DNA of 64,000 bases from Oikopleura dioica (taxonomy: Eukaryota; Animalia; Chordata): positions 15,511,208-15,575,207 of the forward strand of contig OU015568.1 in the NCBI GenBank assembly GCA_907165135.1, written 5' to 3'. A program made the translations under genes and the position numbers. How positions within the stretch are numbered: position 1 is the stretch's first letter; each line of letters begins with the position of its first letter. Shown piece by piece: positions 29,148-41,196 of this stretch. Under the pieces are notes generated by a model. That model saw only the letters and a list, made by a program, of their open reading frames with translations. It searched no databases and was not told where the DNA came from.

Positions 29148-32100
29148 CTAGTAATGGGATGATGCAATTTCAGAAAAGTAGTTGAGGATGTCGGAGAGGG
29201 TGAAGTCCATCTTTATGCCAGTCCCGGAGTAGCATTGTTGAAGAAGACTGAAAATAGAGCTGACTACAAGCAGTTGTTCAGAGACTTACTTGTCATAATG
29301 GTTGTATTGTCTGATAAACTCTTCCTGCATCTCTCTCCAGACGACTTGCAAGAGTCTGTTATCGTCTTCCGCCGTGTGCTTCTCGACCTTGAGATAGAGC
29401 TCTTCAAGTCCCTTCTTGACCTTCTTGCCGGGATACTCCTTGATCACTTTTCTCAGCGAGCTCTTGTTGTACATCGCCATGAATTGAATCTCCTCAGCTG
29501 GCCGCTCTTGGTCGATCTCTTTCGTAACACCGTCGAAGAAAATCGCGATTTGCTCCAACGGCCTTCCCAAGAACAAAGCGGCATACGATTCCATACAGGA
29601 CTGATACAGCTTCTTCGTCTCTTTCCTCTCATTCGCCAGTGCTTCGATTCGCAGGGAGGATAAAACGGCAAAGCAATGGTGGTAGTTCTGGAAACGGATC
29701 ACATCCGAGGGCGTTTTTGCCCCGCTGAATAAAAATGAATGGGAGGTTTTGAGACGGGATCAAACCCTGGTAAGATTTAGGGAGATTAGAAACAGATGGC
29801 TGTCTATTTTTTGGAAAAAGATAGTTTTAGGCGTCGTTTATAATACCGGGATTCTCATGTCTGGCTGACTAATTTTCTACTGGTAAAATCAAATTGTGAT
29901 TATAAAAGAAAAACTGCTGAAGTTGTCTCTTGCTCGAAGCCGCTTGCGGCTTTTTATTTTTCAACAGGAATTTTTCTTTAATAACAATTCAAAGAATATT
30001 CGTCTGTCAAAAACGAAGAAAATGAAATTTTAAGAATACCTGTTCGCGCATTGTTCGATTCCGCGTAAAACGCCTTGTAACAACTTTTTGTAGGCTCTGT
30101 CCAAATCGGTTCTCCGCTCTGCTTTGTCGAATATCGTCTCGGCTAGCTGGGCTAGATCGTCAAACTGCTTGACGAACCATAGAATTCCGACTTTTTCACC
30201 GGTTCGCGGGCGATACTCATCGATTCGCTGGATTCGATCATTCACAAATCGATCGAAGGACCTCTTCACTGAGTCAGGGCTTCACAAAAACACACGCGAT
30301 TTCTTTTTTTATACAGTTTCTTTTTAAAGAAAAAAATATTAGTTTTCGCAATAATTTCTTTAATTTTTGTCAAGCCGTTCCTTGAACAAGCGCAAGTCCC
30401 AATAATTTTCCCAAAAAGGTTTGTACCTTTTCTCTCAATACCCGTTCGCTCAAAACGACAAGTAATGAGAGTGAATTCAGCTTGTCAAGTTGATCTCCGA
30501 ATTCGATCAATTGACCGAGCTCATCCTCTAACGAGTCTGATTCGCCGCCAAAGATATCTGACATCAACCGTCGGATTTCTATGTAAATCATTAATTTTTA
30601 ATTTATCTGAAGACCCATTCATTGACGTAAAAATACAATGATTTCGCTTTGTCATCTTTTATAATATGAATTATAATGATATTATATAATTGATAAAAAA
30701 AACAATTCTAGCATTCTCTCTGACGTCAAAAAGCCCTGGATTTACAACAGTGTGAGCGACAAAACGCCCATAAAGTAACCAAATATTGACGCTAAAATTC
30801 TACAATACAGTAACTGCCCGAAACGACAGTGATTTGGGCGGGTTTATTTTCCTCGCTTTCTCTGGTCCAATTCCATTTTTACCTTTATTGATCGCCGCCT
30901 CGATAGCTTGTTCGCGCTTGGCTTCGTTATTTTCGTCAATTTCATCGAAACGAATGAATGAGTCGCCTTCGTAGAGTCCTTCGGCTGAAAAAATGGAGTT
31001 GAAAGAATAGTGTTTATATAAATAAATAAAGTTGTGTGAATGCAAAAGGAAGTTGCAGTGAAATTTCTTGCCGAGCTCTTTTGGAATAAAAAAAATCTAT
31101 AAAATAAAGTTTCAAATTTGCAATTTTTAATTCTGCGTGTATCGAGCTGCCTGTACTCACAATGCAAATATCTTTGAGCGTGGGTCTCTCTCTCTTTGTA
31201 AATGCGTAAATGAATGAATAAAATGTCACCATTCTACTTGACAATTGAGATTTCTAAAATCGTTGAATTTGGTGTGCGTATGTCAATGTGCTCATGAGTA
31301 ACAAAAGATGCGGAAAAGTGCGTTCGAAGCTGATTTTTCTAAAAGGAGAAGTTGTCGTTTTTTTGTTGCCTTCATTTTTTGCTGTTTTTGAAATCAAGGA
31401 AGACTACCTATTGGAAAATACCTGTGAGGTTAAAGAAGTCGGTGATAAACTTTTGCTCCTCTTGGCAGATCGGCTCCATTTCGTTGAGAACTTCGCGCAT
31501 AGTGTCCGAAAAACGTGTCCTGTCCGCCGCGGACAAATCAATTATCAATGACCCTAAACGCAAATACTACAATCCAACACATGCATGTTCTAGAGAAGCT
31601 CCCCTTTTTCTGGGAAATTGGAATCCTTACCAGAACCGATGGATGTCATCGATGCAGTACGCCCGAGCCCCTTGCCCTTGTTGATGCTCAGCGAGGAGCC
31701 GAATTTTTTTGCTTTTTTCGTCAGACTTAGTGTACTTTTCGACAGGTTTTTGATGCTTCCGCCAATTTTGGAGACACTCTTTATTGAACCAGAGAGCTTT
31801 TTAGATGATCCAAGTGTCAGACCACTCGAGCTTTTCAGCGTTTTGTTTTCTTTCGCTTCTCGCTCCTTCATTTGGTCCTAAAATCATTGTTCTGGATTGA
31901 CCTTTAGACGGGTTTAAGTCAATTTTTATGACAATACAAACATTCTAGAGATGATAACGGGTGGCCTACCTCAAATCGCTTCTCTGCTAATTCCCGGAAT
32001 TGTCTTATTTCTCGTCTATAAACGCCCCTCACAGATTCTGTATACGTCGCAACAAGACTCATGAAAGTTGTTTGATCGTTCATTCGCAGCCACACGATCA

Positions 32101-33473
32101 GCGGACGATACGGCATCAGTCGTTTGTGGAGCTGTGTATGTTTAGGAAGCTAAAGCAAACTGTCAAAACGCGATAAGAAAAATAGAGTACACTTGCCTTT
32201 AGCGCGCCTCGATCAGAAGCTTCGCCAACATGATCGCGTTGCTCGAGGAATCGGTTCTCGAGATGCTTCATCAGGCGCTGGGAGAACTTGGCTCTGAGTT
32301 CGTTGAAGAGCTTTTGCTGCTCGATGACCGAAGCAATATTGCTTAATCCCATTGGCAGTTCAACTTTCATCGCTCTTGATAAATGCTCTGCTGCTGCAAT
32401 CGCCGATTTTATCCCGTCAGATGAGTCCAAATCGGCATCCCGGAGAGCGCGATGATGTTCTTTTGGCATTTCTAGCTGGTCAACAATTGAGGCTATTTCG
32501 GAAACAAGACGGCGCTGATTCAAGTCGGAAATTTGAATGAAACTCTGTTGCGACTTCATGGCACCCATTTGGGTCTATTTGAAGGTTCAGAATTCGCTTG
32601 AAATTGTGTGATTTATGAAAGACGAAAATTGAACCCATTTGCCTGAATAGATCCCAACATCGCATCATATCGTTCCAGTTCGGATTCGACCCTCACGACT
32701 TCGTTAATTGCTTTGTCGAGTGTTTTCATCAACTCTTTGATGTCCGAGTCTGATTTCATAATTGCCGACATATTATCCCCGTCAAGAGAGGATAAATTTC
32801 CTTGGAGAAGTTCAGCAAACGCCTCGGCATTTTGAAGCGCGCCCTCACAATTCTGGAGGATATCGCCAAGATCTGTCTGCTCGACGTCTGATAGTTCCTG
32901 ATAATCGGCGATTCTGGCGTCGGTGAGGTCGTCTGATTGTGTTTGAGAGCGGTCGGGCGTGGATACGTTGATGTTCTTGAAGGTAATGCTGGAGAGTTGC
33001 GTCGGAGAGAGGTAGCGTTTGGCAAGTTTTACTAAGTTCATGAGGAAGTTCTCTCGCTCCGACTCGGAAGCGGCTTCCCATCTGTACAATTTGTCGAAAA
33101 CGAGGTCAAATTCTCATTTTGGGATAATTAAAAGTTCACTCAATCTTTCAATCAACATTTTCTCATGACTATCCCAAGGCGTAGGACCCGAATTGGCTTT
33201 CTATCCCATTCCTGTTGGATTCTGCAGGGCCTCAACCTGCTTCAAATCAGTCAGAAGCCACTGAATATGCCTTTTGTACAACTCATCATTTCTTGCTCCT
33301 TTCTTGACGACACTGACAGACACTTGTACTGGTTGCTCCGAAGTGACGGCCAGACATAAGAAATTATTCTTTTTCGACTTCGATTTATTCTTGGTGACGT
33401 GGACAACGCCTAAAAGGCGCTCGTCGCGCGCGGTAAAGACGTCTCGCTGGAGTGCTTGTCGAATCGCCGCCAT
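29148..33473 (-). CDS. EXOC1: Exocyst complex component 1 (Sec3)
   Basis: MAAIRQALQRDVF..FLCLAVTSEQPVQV, EFDLVFDKLYRWEA, KVGILWFV, IRFQNYHH, VIKEYPGKKVKKGLEELYLKVEKH..LLQVVWREMQEEFIRQY, ends LSDILNYFSEIASSHY*. Confidence 0.96.
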
Positions 33474-33572
33474 TTTTACCGCATTCTAGTTATTTTGATT
33501 GATTTGAGACGATTCATTCTTGGCAGTTGAAGGTTTTATTCGCAGGACAAATTAAAAGAGCAGTTTTTAACA

Positions 33573-34763
33573 TTACAAGTGTTGGTTGTAGACGATTTTC
33601 TGACCCCACTTGCCCGAAAGCTGATTGGTACCAGCTCTTTTGACCAGGCCGTTGTCCATTTGAACGTACTGGTGGAGTGATTTCGAGCTCAAAGTCACAT
33701 CTGTAAGTGCTTGTATCATTCGTCCATCTGAAGAAAAAGGATAAGTATAAAACCCCATCATCTTTTGTACCTTCTTCGTGTTTGTCCATTATCTCTGGCG
33801 GAGCATAAGGCGGGTCAGAGAAGATACTGTCTGCTTGCCGAATGATGTCAATGTCTCCTTCAAGCTCGCCAGTTGCTACCGCTTGAAGGTATTTCTCGAG
33901 AATTTTGACCTTTTCAAGAACTCGTTCTGCAGCACTGGCGCTGTGGTCGCCCAGACCATCACCGATAATTCGATCCATTCCGATCTGAAATCAGTTTTTA
34001 TTTGAAAATCAGGAGGGAAAAGCAACTAACCCGCTCTTCATCTTGAGTTTCCATATTAAATTCGCGCTGCTCCAAACAATTTTCGCCATCCAAATGTTCA
34101 AAAATCACGGCTGGTGTTTCATCCTTTAGAATTATTAGAAACAAAAGAAGAAAATTGGCGCTCTTACATTGAAAGGATCAACTTTCATCATAATAACAGT
34201 CGAATCGAGCTTTTCGAAGAGCATCTTTGTTTGCGCCAGATCATGGTGGTCGACTGTATGAATAGACGTACAGTACCAGCCGACCACGTCAAGGCTGGTG
34301 ACTTCTTGAAGATGGTCGTGTTTCTCGAGGAGGAATCCCAAGTCCATGAAGCTCAGTGGATCTCTCGGATCGCTCGGGACTTCGAATGTGTCGCAAATTT
34401 CAAGAACCGATCGTGTTTTGCCCAAAAGAGCTCCTTTGACAGTGAAAATTCGAGCGGGACCTTCTTCTCTAATTCAAGGATCATTCCTTGGAAGAACAAA
34501 ACAAACTGAGCAGAAACCTATGAAGAGAACCTGTGTCAGTGCCCCGAAAGAGCTCCACTTGTAAAAAAACAAAGGCGAGAAGTACCCTGACACAGGTTTT
34601 CTCCAGAGGTAACAGGTTAGTCGAAACCTGATTTGAATGACCCTAATTTTGAAAGCTGCGCACGAATTCGGCTAAAGTGCTGTGAAATATTCAGGAGTAC
34701 TAGCGGATGAACTTTAATTCTAGAGTCGAATTCTTCAACCTCTTCTCGATGCCGCACCGCCAT
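33573..34763 (-). CDS. COPS6: COP9 signalosome subunit 6 (MPN-minus domain)
   Basis: KVHPLVLLNISQHFSRIR, GALLG, VLEICDTFEV, DVVGWY, C-terminal helices (LEKYLQAVATGEL). EIF3F/PSMD7 paralogy is not fully excluded. Confidence 0.8.
34520..34630. mobile_element. Degenerate MITE of same family in COPS6 intron 1
   Basis: AACCTGTGTCAGTGCCCCGAA ... CCCTGACACAGGTTTTC..CAGGTTAGTCGAAACC. Confidence 0.55.
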
Positions 34764-35093
34764 TTCTTTCTAATAATCTTCCGATTATACCGAGCGTTAG
34801 AGAATTTTGAAAGAACATGAAGATAATATTTATTCAATATCACCACGAACAGAAAAATATAGTATAATAATTACTACTGAAAATAGAGTTGTTAACGAAT
34901 CAGAGAAAATAGACGCGGGCTTAATCTCGTTTTGGTGAAAATGAAAAAGGTGGGATACTTTGAACATTGAAATAATACCATTTATGCAGGTAATCTTGAT
35001 TGGAATAGACAAGGAAAATGAGACAAAAAAGTGCGACAAGAATTTTGGCATATTACCGCTAAAATAATATGCAGAAAGATGAAATTCAGAAGT

Positions 35094-35266
35094 CTCAGGC
35101 CGGCAACCTGTGCAGAAAACCTGAGTCAGGGTCGGAAAGATCATCAATGAAAAGCGGCTAAAGCGGCTTATTTTTTAAACAAAGTCTCAAATGGCTTCGA
35201 AAATACAACCCTACTGAGCTGCTTCAGACCCTGACTCAGGTTTTCTACACAGGTTGTCGAGCTTAG
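35094..35266. mobile_element. MITE, same family, with perfect 8-bp TSD
   Basis: Flanked by TCAGAAGT at 35086-35093 and 35267-35274; this fixes the family termini as CT...AG and indicates the hAT superfamily. Confidence 0.92.
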
Positions 35267-35800
35267 TCAGAAGTTAAACCTCACTAAAGCGTCAAAGCTT
35301 CACATTTTTAGGCACCATTTTTTAGTAAAAATAATGATTTCAAAACAAATATTCATAGCTGAAAAAGTGCAATAATCTTAGACACCTCAAGCGAAAAAAA
35401 TAAGGCTTAGAAGCAAAGTGCTAACGAGAAACGACAAAAACAAGAAGCAAAACTTTATTATAGAGAATTGTGATTTTATTTCGAATAATTACCAGAAAAG
35501 GCAGTTTCTTAATAAAGAACAGATATAAGTATAATTAACAAAAACGTCTGCAAAAGCTTGAAAATGACGAAAAATAAAATAAAAATTGAACTGTTGAACT
35601 GATTGAAATTGTTAATGATTTCACGTCTTCTTTCTTTTTCGACTTAAAAATAAAGAAAAAAAGGAAGAGAGTAAGTTTTAAGGGATCAGGGCGGGATCAT
35701 TCATTTGATGATTCGTTTAGTAATTATGAATATTTTTAAAATTGGAAAAGAGTTGGTAAGATGAGGCGGAGGAAAGACAGCTGAAAAAAATGAAAACTTT

Positions 35801-38800
35801 TCAGAATTTTTGATTTGAATGCGTTGTGGAGTCGAGGTAAGTCTGAATGATGTTGAGCAGGTTGTTGAGACCGTATAAGTAGCCTTGGTCTGGTCCAACG
35901 TGGATTTTGTCATGAAGAAAGCCCGAATACGTCGCTACAAAAAAGGCCTTGATTGAAAGCCAAAAACTCTTTTCATACCTTTGGCGAAGTCGACCATTTT
36001 GATGGAGACCAAATTGTCCATTCTCAACCATCTCGTGAGCTCTTCAACTTTGTCTTCATCAACATTACACTCGTCGAGTCTCTCCCACGCTGCTCCGTCG
36101 AAAATGAGGAGCAAACTGCACCCAGGAAATCTGTAAGATTCCAGACTTTCTACGCATCTCCTGAAATTTCTCGTTGATAACATAATGCGGTGGAGTTTAT
36201 TGAACTCTTTTAACACCCATATTTGCTCGTTCAATATTGATTAAATTATGATTTTTAAGTTAGACAAAAGGACACGAGGGCTGGCTTGTCAAATTTTCAT
36301 TGTCCTTTCTCCTGATCCAGGGCATTGAAGGAGCTATAATAAAAGCCGCGAGAAATCAATATAAAAGGCTTTATATGGGGTTTAAAAGCGGTCAAATCCC
36401 TTTTGAAATTGGTAAGTGTACCTTAATAGCACCAGATGTTGATGTAATGCCGAGGCGATAGGATATCTCAGCCTTGGATGGCTTGAATCGATGAATGTAA
36501 ACACTGCCTTTTCAAAGGACGCCGAACTCAACGAACGGCCCCAGTGCTTGTCCCAATGTTCGAATTTGTCTTCTTCAGGGTGGTAGATCTGAAAATTCAT
36601 TTTATTGAGAAGAACATTATGTTGTAGCTACCTGAAGTCCGTGAAGCCTGAGACCGAGACTCTCCGTCGTCGTATTCTTTGCTTTTATCACGTGATTGGA
36701 TATCTTCTTTTCCGTATCCAGCGGGTACCACAGGCGCGTTCCAACTTTGACATCGAGAACTACAGGTTTCTGACAGTTGGCTGTGACATTCTCGAGTAAG
36801 ATGACTTCTAAACAATCTTAGTAGAAAACAAAAGAATAAAAACTATAATATATAATAAATAATAAAAATTTCTAGTGCCAAAAAAGGGTGTGCTCTTGAC
36901 TATCAATAATCACACCTGATCTTGAAGTGCCAGGAGATACGTATCAGCGTATTTGGTGATTTATCTGGCACGCTACAAACGTATGCTATGAAAACTGTTG
37001 TTTTTAAAACAGAGCAAGTTAAAAAAATTCCTGTTCTTCTTACCGAATTTTCGATGACTCAGACACCGTTTTTCTTTGTGAATTCTTTCGCTCCAGGAGT
37101 TGGCTGATAATGTGTTGTCGTTTTCATCCCCTTCTGATGAGTCTTTAGTGTGGCTTTTTCTATATTCAAACCAGTTGATAACGACTCAAACCGGGATCAA
37201 CAACCTGTAAAGAAACCTGAGTCAGGGTCCTGAAAGAAGATTATTTTTTCAGGAGCCAGAGTCAGGCTTTTTTACATGTGGGTGATGTAAGGATGAAACT
37301 GTGAAACAGATTTTTATTATGCTTGAAAAAGCCTTTCCTCCATCAGAAGTCGAGTTGTCTGACTTGTGTCTGACCCTATGCTTTAGGGGCAGTCGATGAC
37401 AACTCAGACTGGGGGCGTTATCATTTGAAATGGCGAGAATTTGTCCTTGATCGTTGACCCTGGCCACCAATCTGCCGCGGAAACGCGGTGCGAATTTTTC
37501 GAGGCGCTTGACGAACCCGCGAGAGTTGTAAAACTGCGCCTCGCGGGGATTCAGTGGCTTGCAGATTGTCGTGCTGTCTGAACATAGAAGCTTTATAGAA
37601 GCAAGAGGGCACAAAATAAAGAATGGTCGGGCTATAAAATCGACTCTGTCTGTAGTAAAAGCTCTGTATTACTAGCTGTTGGTTTTCATTGCCAGATAAT
37701 TTCAAAAAAATTCTTTCGGGCCCGGAAATCATGAAAAAACTGCTAGTGTACGATTGTAGAGCTCGTTAAGACGAGTCGATTGATACCTCCAACTCTTGAA
37801 AATTCCAAGATTTTCCGCCTACGCAACTGATAAGAAGGTTGCTCAAACAAAATCGTATTTCCACTGCCGTTTTTGTTCTAGAGTAGCTACAAGGGAGTTC
37901 GACCCCAAGAAATGATCCTTATGAAAAGTTGTACTGACAGAGGAAGTTTGGACCTCTTATCACGTGTCTTCCCGAGCTTATCAGTAAAAAATAATTTTTT
38001 CCATATTTTCTTACAAATTGATATTAAGATTGAGATTAATCGTTTTTTTAGAGATAATATTTCATTCATTAATGAATTCAGCGCAAAAAACTGATCATTT
38101 TACATGTTTTGTGAGAATATATGGAAAAAAAATGATTTTTCACTGATAAGCTCGGCAGGACACGTGATAAGAGGTTCAAACTTCCTCTGTCAGTACAACT
38201 TTTCATAAGGATCATTTCTAGGGGTCGAACTCCCTTGTAGCTACTGTAGAACGAAAACGGCAGAGGAATTACGATTTTGTTTGAGCAACCTTCTTATCAG
38301 TTGCGTAGGCGGAAAATCTTGGAATTTTCAAGAGTTGGAGGTATCAATCGACTCGTCTTAACGAGCTCTACAATCGTACACTAGCAGTTTTTTCATGATT
38401 TCCGGGCCCGAAAGAATTTTTTTGAAACTATCCCAGGGCTTTGGAAAAACATCGTAAAAATTTATCGTTGGCTTTTCATTTGAGCTTTCAGTCCCTGATT
38501 CCGAAGTCAGAGACGATTGGGCTGATGATTACACTATTTTGATGAAAAAAGCTAATAAAACTAGTTAGTATGGCCTTCAGGACTAATTTTTGTTTACGTT
38601 GTTTTCGTAATTATGCTCTCCAGTAGACTAATAACCTAATAGAAATTTATCGAGTGATTCTAGCGCTCGATATGGGTCAAGTCTAAGAATTTTTTTTGAG
38701 CTTCAAATTAAAATAATGTAGAAAGATATAATTTATCTCTTTTCAATTCTGTGTGCTCACAATAAATCACGAGAGAAATCTTACCTATGCAGTACATGGG

Positions 38801-38914
38801 GTTCCTCCCCGCGACTTGATGTGCAAATCTTTTCAGTAACACGCCTTTCTCATCATGGTCATCTTCTTGTTTCGCATAAGTTCGCTTTCTGTCTCTTTTC
38901 AGTACATTTTCCAT
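35801..38914 (-). CDS. IP6K: Inositol hexakisphosphate kinase
   Basis: FAHQVAG, TICKPLNPREAQFY, PVVLDVKVGTR (PxxxDxKxG), LGLRLHGLQ, RFPGCSLLLIFDG, IKMVDFA, GPDQGYLYGLNNL. Confidence 0.9.
37191..37290. mobile_element. MITE, same family, degenerate, in IP6K intron
   Basis: CCGGGATCAACAACCTGTAAAGAAACCTGAGTCAGGGTCCTGAAA..TTTTCAGGAGCCAGAGTCAGG. Confidence 0.7.
37695..38432. repeat. Long foldback element (~320-bp near-identical inverted arms, ~90-bp spacer) in IP6K intron
   Basis: 37700-38015 is the reverse complement of 38105-38427; possible 3-bp TSD CCA. Confidence 0.9.
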
Positions 38915-41196
38915 CTTTTCTTTTCTGTTTTTCTGGTTTTTGGGAATTGAAAATATTTTTCTTCGGTTTTTACAAAAATATATTTTTCTTTCTTTTTGAA
39001 GATAAGTGCGTCGATTTTAGTCGTCCAAGGTTGAAATTGGAAGAGTAAATAAGTGAAAGTGATAAGTGAGTATTTTTGTTGAAAAACTCGTCCACGCTCG
39101 ACCTCTGTGTCCGAATGCGATGAGTCTAAATGAAAAATTTGGTGAGCAGCGTGGCTCTATTTATAAAGAAAAAAGTTATGGCTCACGCTCAGGCGCGCCC
39201 TCCTCAGAGTTTTACAGATCTTTCCGTTCAGGAATCAACAGGAAGCGCTGGGAAAACAGATTGTATTCAGTAAATCAAGGAGAATTATTCAGTATCTCTA
39301 AGGAAAAAATATCAATACGAAAAGGACCGATTTTGATCTTCAAAAATGACTTACGGGCTCTTATGTAATCAAGTGTATTTCAACCTGACATGGCCTTAAC
39401 CCTCTCACGTCCGGTGGTCATAAAATTGGTCAATAAAAAATTCGACCATTTGAAAAGTTATGACCTGTTATCACTCTTATTGTGACCTCTGTTTTAGAAA
39501 AAATGCGCTTCTTGTTTTAGAGAAGATATTTATTCAAAGGATTTATTGAGCGGAAAAATTTTTGAAAGAAATAGTCGAGGTTGGAGCCCAGCCAACCTCT
39601 TACAGAAGAAATTTTAAATATTCATCGATTAGAAGGAAAGGATTAAAGGAAGCAGGGGATAAGAATTGAATTGATTACAGTAATTGAAAGTCAGAAAGGG
39701 TTAGGTTTATGGTAAAAAAAAGAAGGAAATACTTGCGGAATGTAAAAAATACAAAAAGAGCGACAAGTTGAACTCATAAAAAACCCGGCTAAAATTTACC
39801 CAATGCTGGAAAAACAAGAAAGAAAAGGATTTGGAAAATAGCAGCCCTGGCCTCGTTAAAACATCAATCAAGTCTGTATGAGTGGTTTTCTTGACATTCA
39901 AAATATATTGAGCAATTAGCTACACAGTTTGAGTTATTACTGTGATATACCTGTAGAAACTGTATTGACAAATTACCCTATTGTAGTGTTATAAAAGGAT
40001 GAAGATATTTCAGTTGACGAAAAAAGGTGCAAATTGCCGTCCCGATTCGACATGAAATAAGCTCTCTACCAAGAGCTTTGAATTTATGAGACAACTAGAT
40101 CAAGTTTCATCTAATAATCCTCCTCATTTTATCTGTAATCTTATACATAAATGACCCTCTGGTCACTCCTACAGTTCATTCACTCTTATGAGTCCTGCTA
40201 TATTTACCTAAAATGACGTGTCAAACGTCAAATATACTAAAGATTACAGTCATAAGATTCAGTCGATTCATAGAATGACGCATCTTGAATTTCCAGTTCC
40301 AGTAAAAAATCAGTATAAATTTTGAACTCAAGGATCTATCACTTGATTCTACTAGAAAAGGGGTGAACGTGAAGATTATGCCTTGTCGTGTAATGCCGTT
40401 GACATACTGTCACACACAGGTCAGCACAGCGAGACCACCTGAGTAGCCACGTAAAAGTCTGGTACTTTTGCACGTCCTCTACTCAATCAATTTTACAAAT
40501 AAGGGCGTGAATAGCTTAAAACAACTTCATAGTCATAATATTATTGGATGATTAAGAATTACTCGATAAATTTATGTGCCAAGATTAGTCTGAATATAAT
40601 CAGAATATCGACTTTTATCGGGAAAACGCTCCATCATTCAAAGTTCAAATCATCATAAATCTGATCTGTTGTCACTGTTGAGAGCATTTAAGAATGCTGA
40701 CGGCCGGTAGCGAGAATACTAGAACAAGAAATACGGCCGTTTCTGTCCACGCGCTAACCAATTCCCAAATCATAAGTCAACACGTCTTAGTCTGGTAAAT
40801 TCTGCACCTCTACGTCACACACTCTCCAGCCTGGGCACTGCTCTTATCACATTTTCCTAATCTCTTCTTATTCAAAATTTCCGCATAGAACAAACAAAAG
40901 CTAGAAAAGGCATATAAGCGGTGGTAAAAAAAAAGATAAATTTCCGAGTTCAAATGAGGTCAATTTGAATCATTTTTTTTTATATTTAGGGTTTGATAGC
41001 TTTAATATTATTTTTTCACAATGAGCTGCATATAAACAAAGGATAAGTTGGACGGAGCGGTTGAACTTGAGCGAACAGAAATGTACAGAAGTAATCATCA
41101 GTTTAGCAATTTTTGTGGAAGGCAGAGGTAGCTTGAATAATTAATGACCTACAAAAGAAAATTAATAAGGGCTGGAGTTATATAAATTTTACTACC

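Noticed and set aside
39000-41150. 2-kb region between Gla-RTK and IP6K
   Set aside because: No convincing ORF, repeat or RNA structure seen; likely UTR or promoter DNA.
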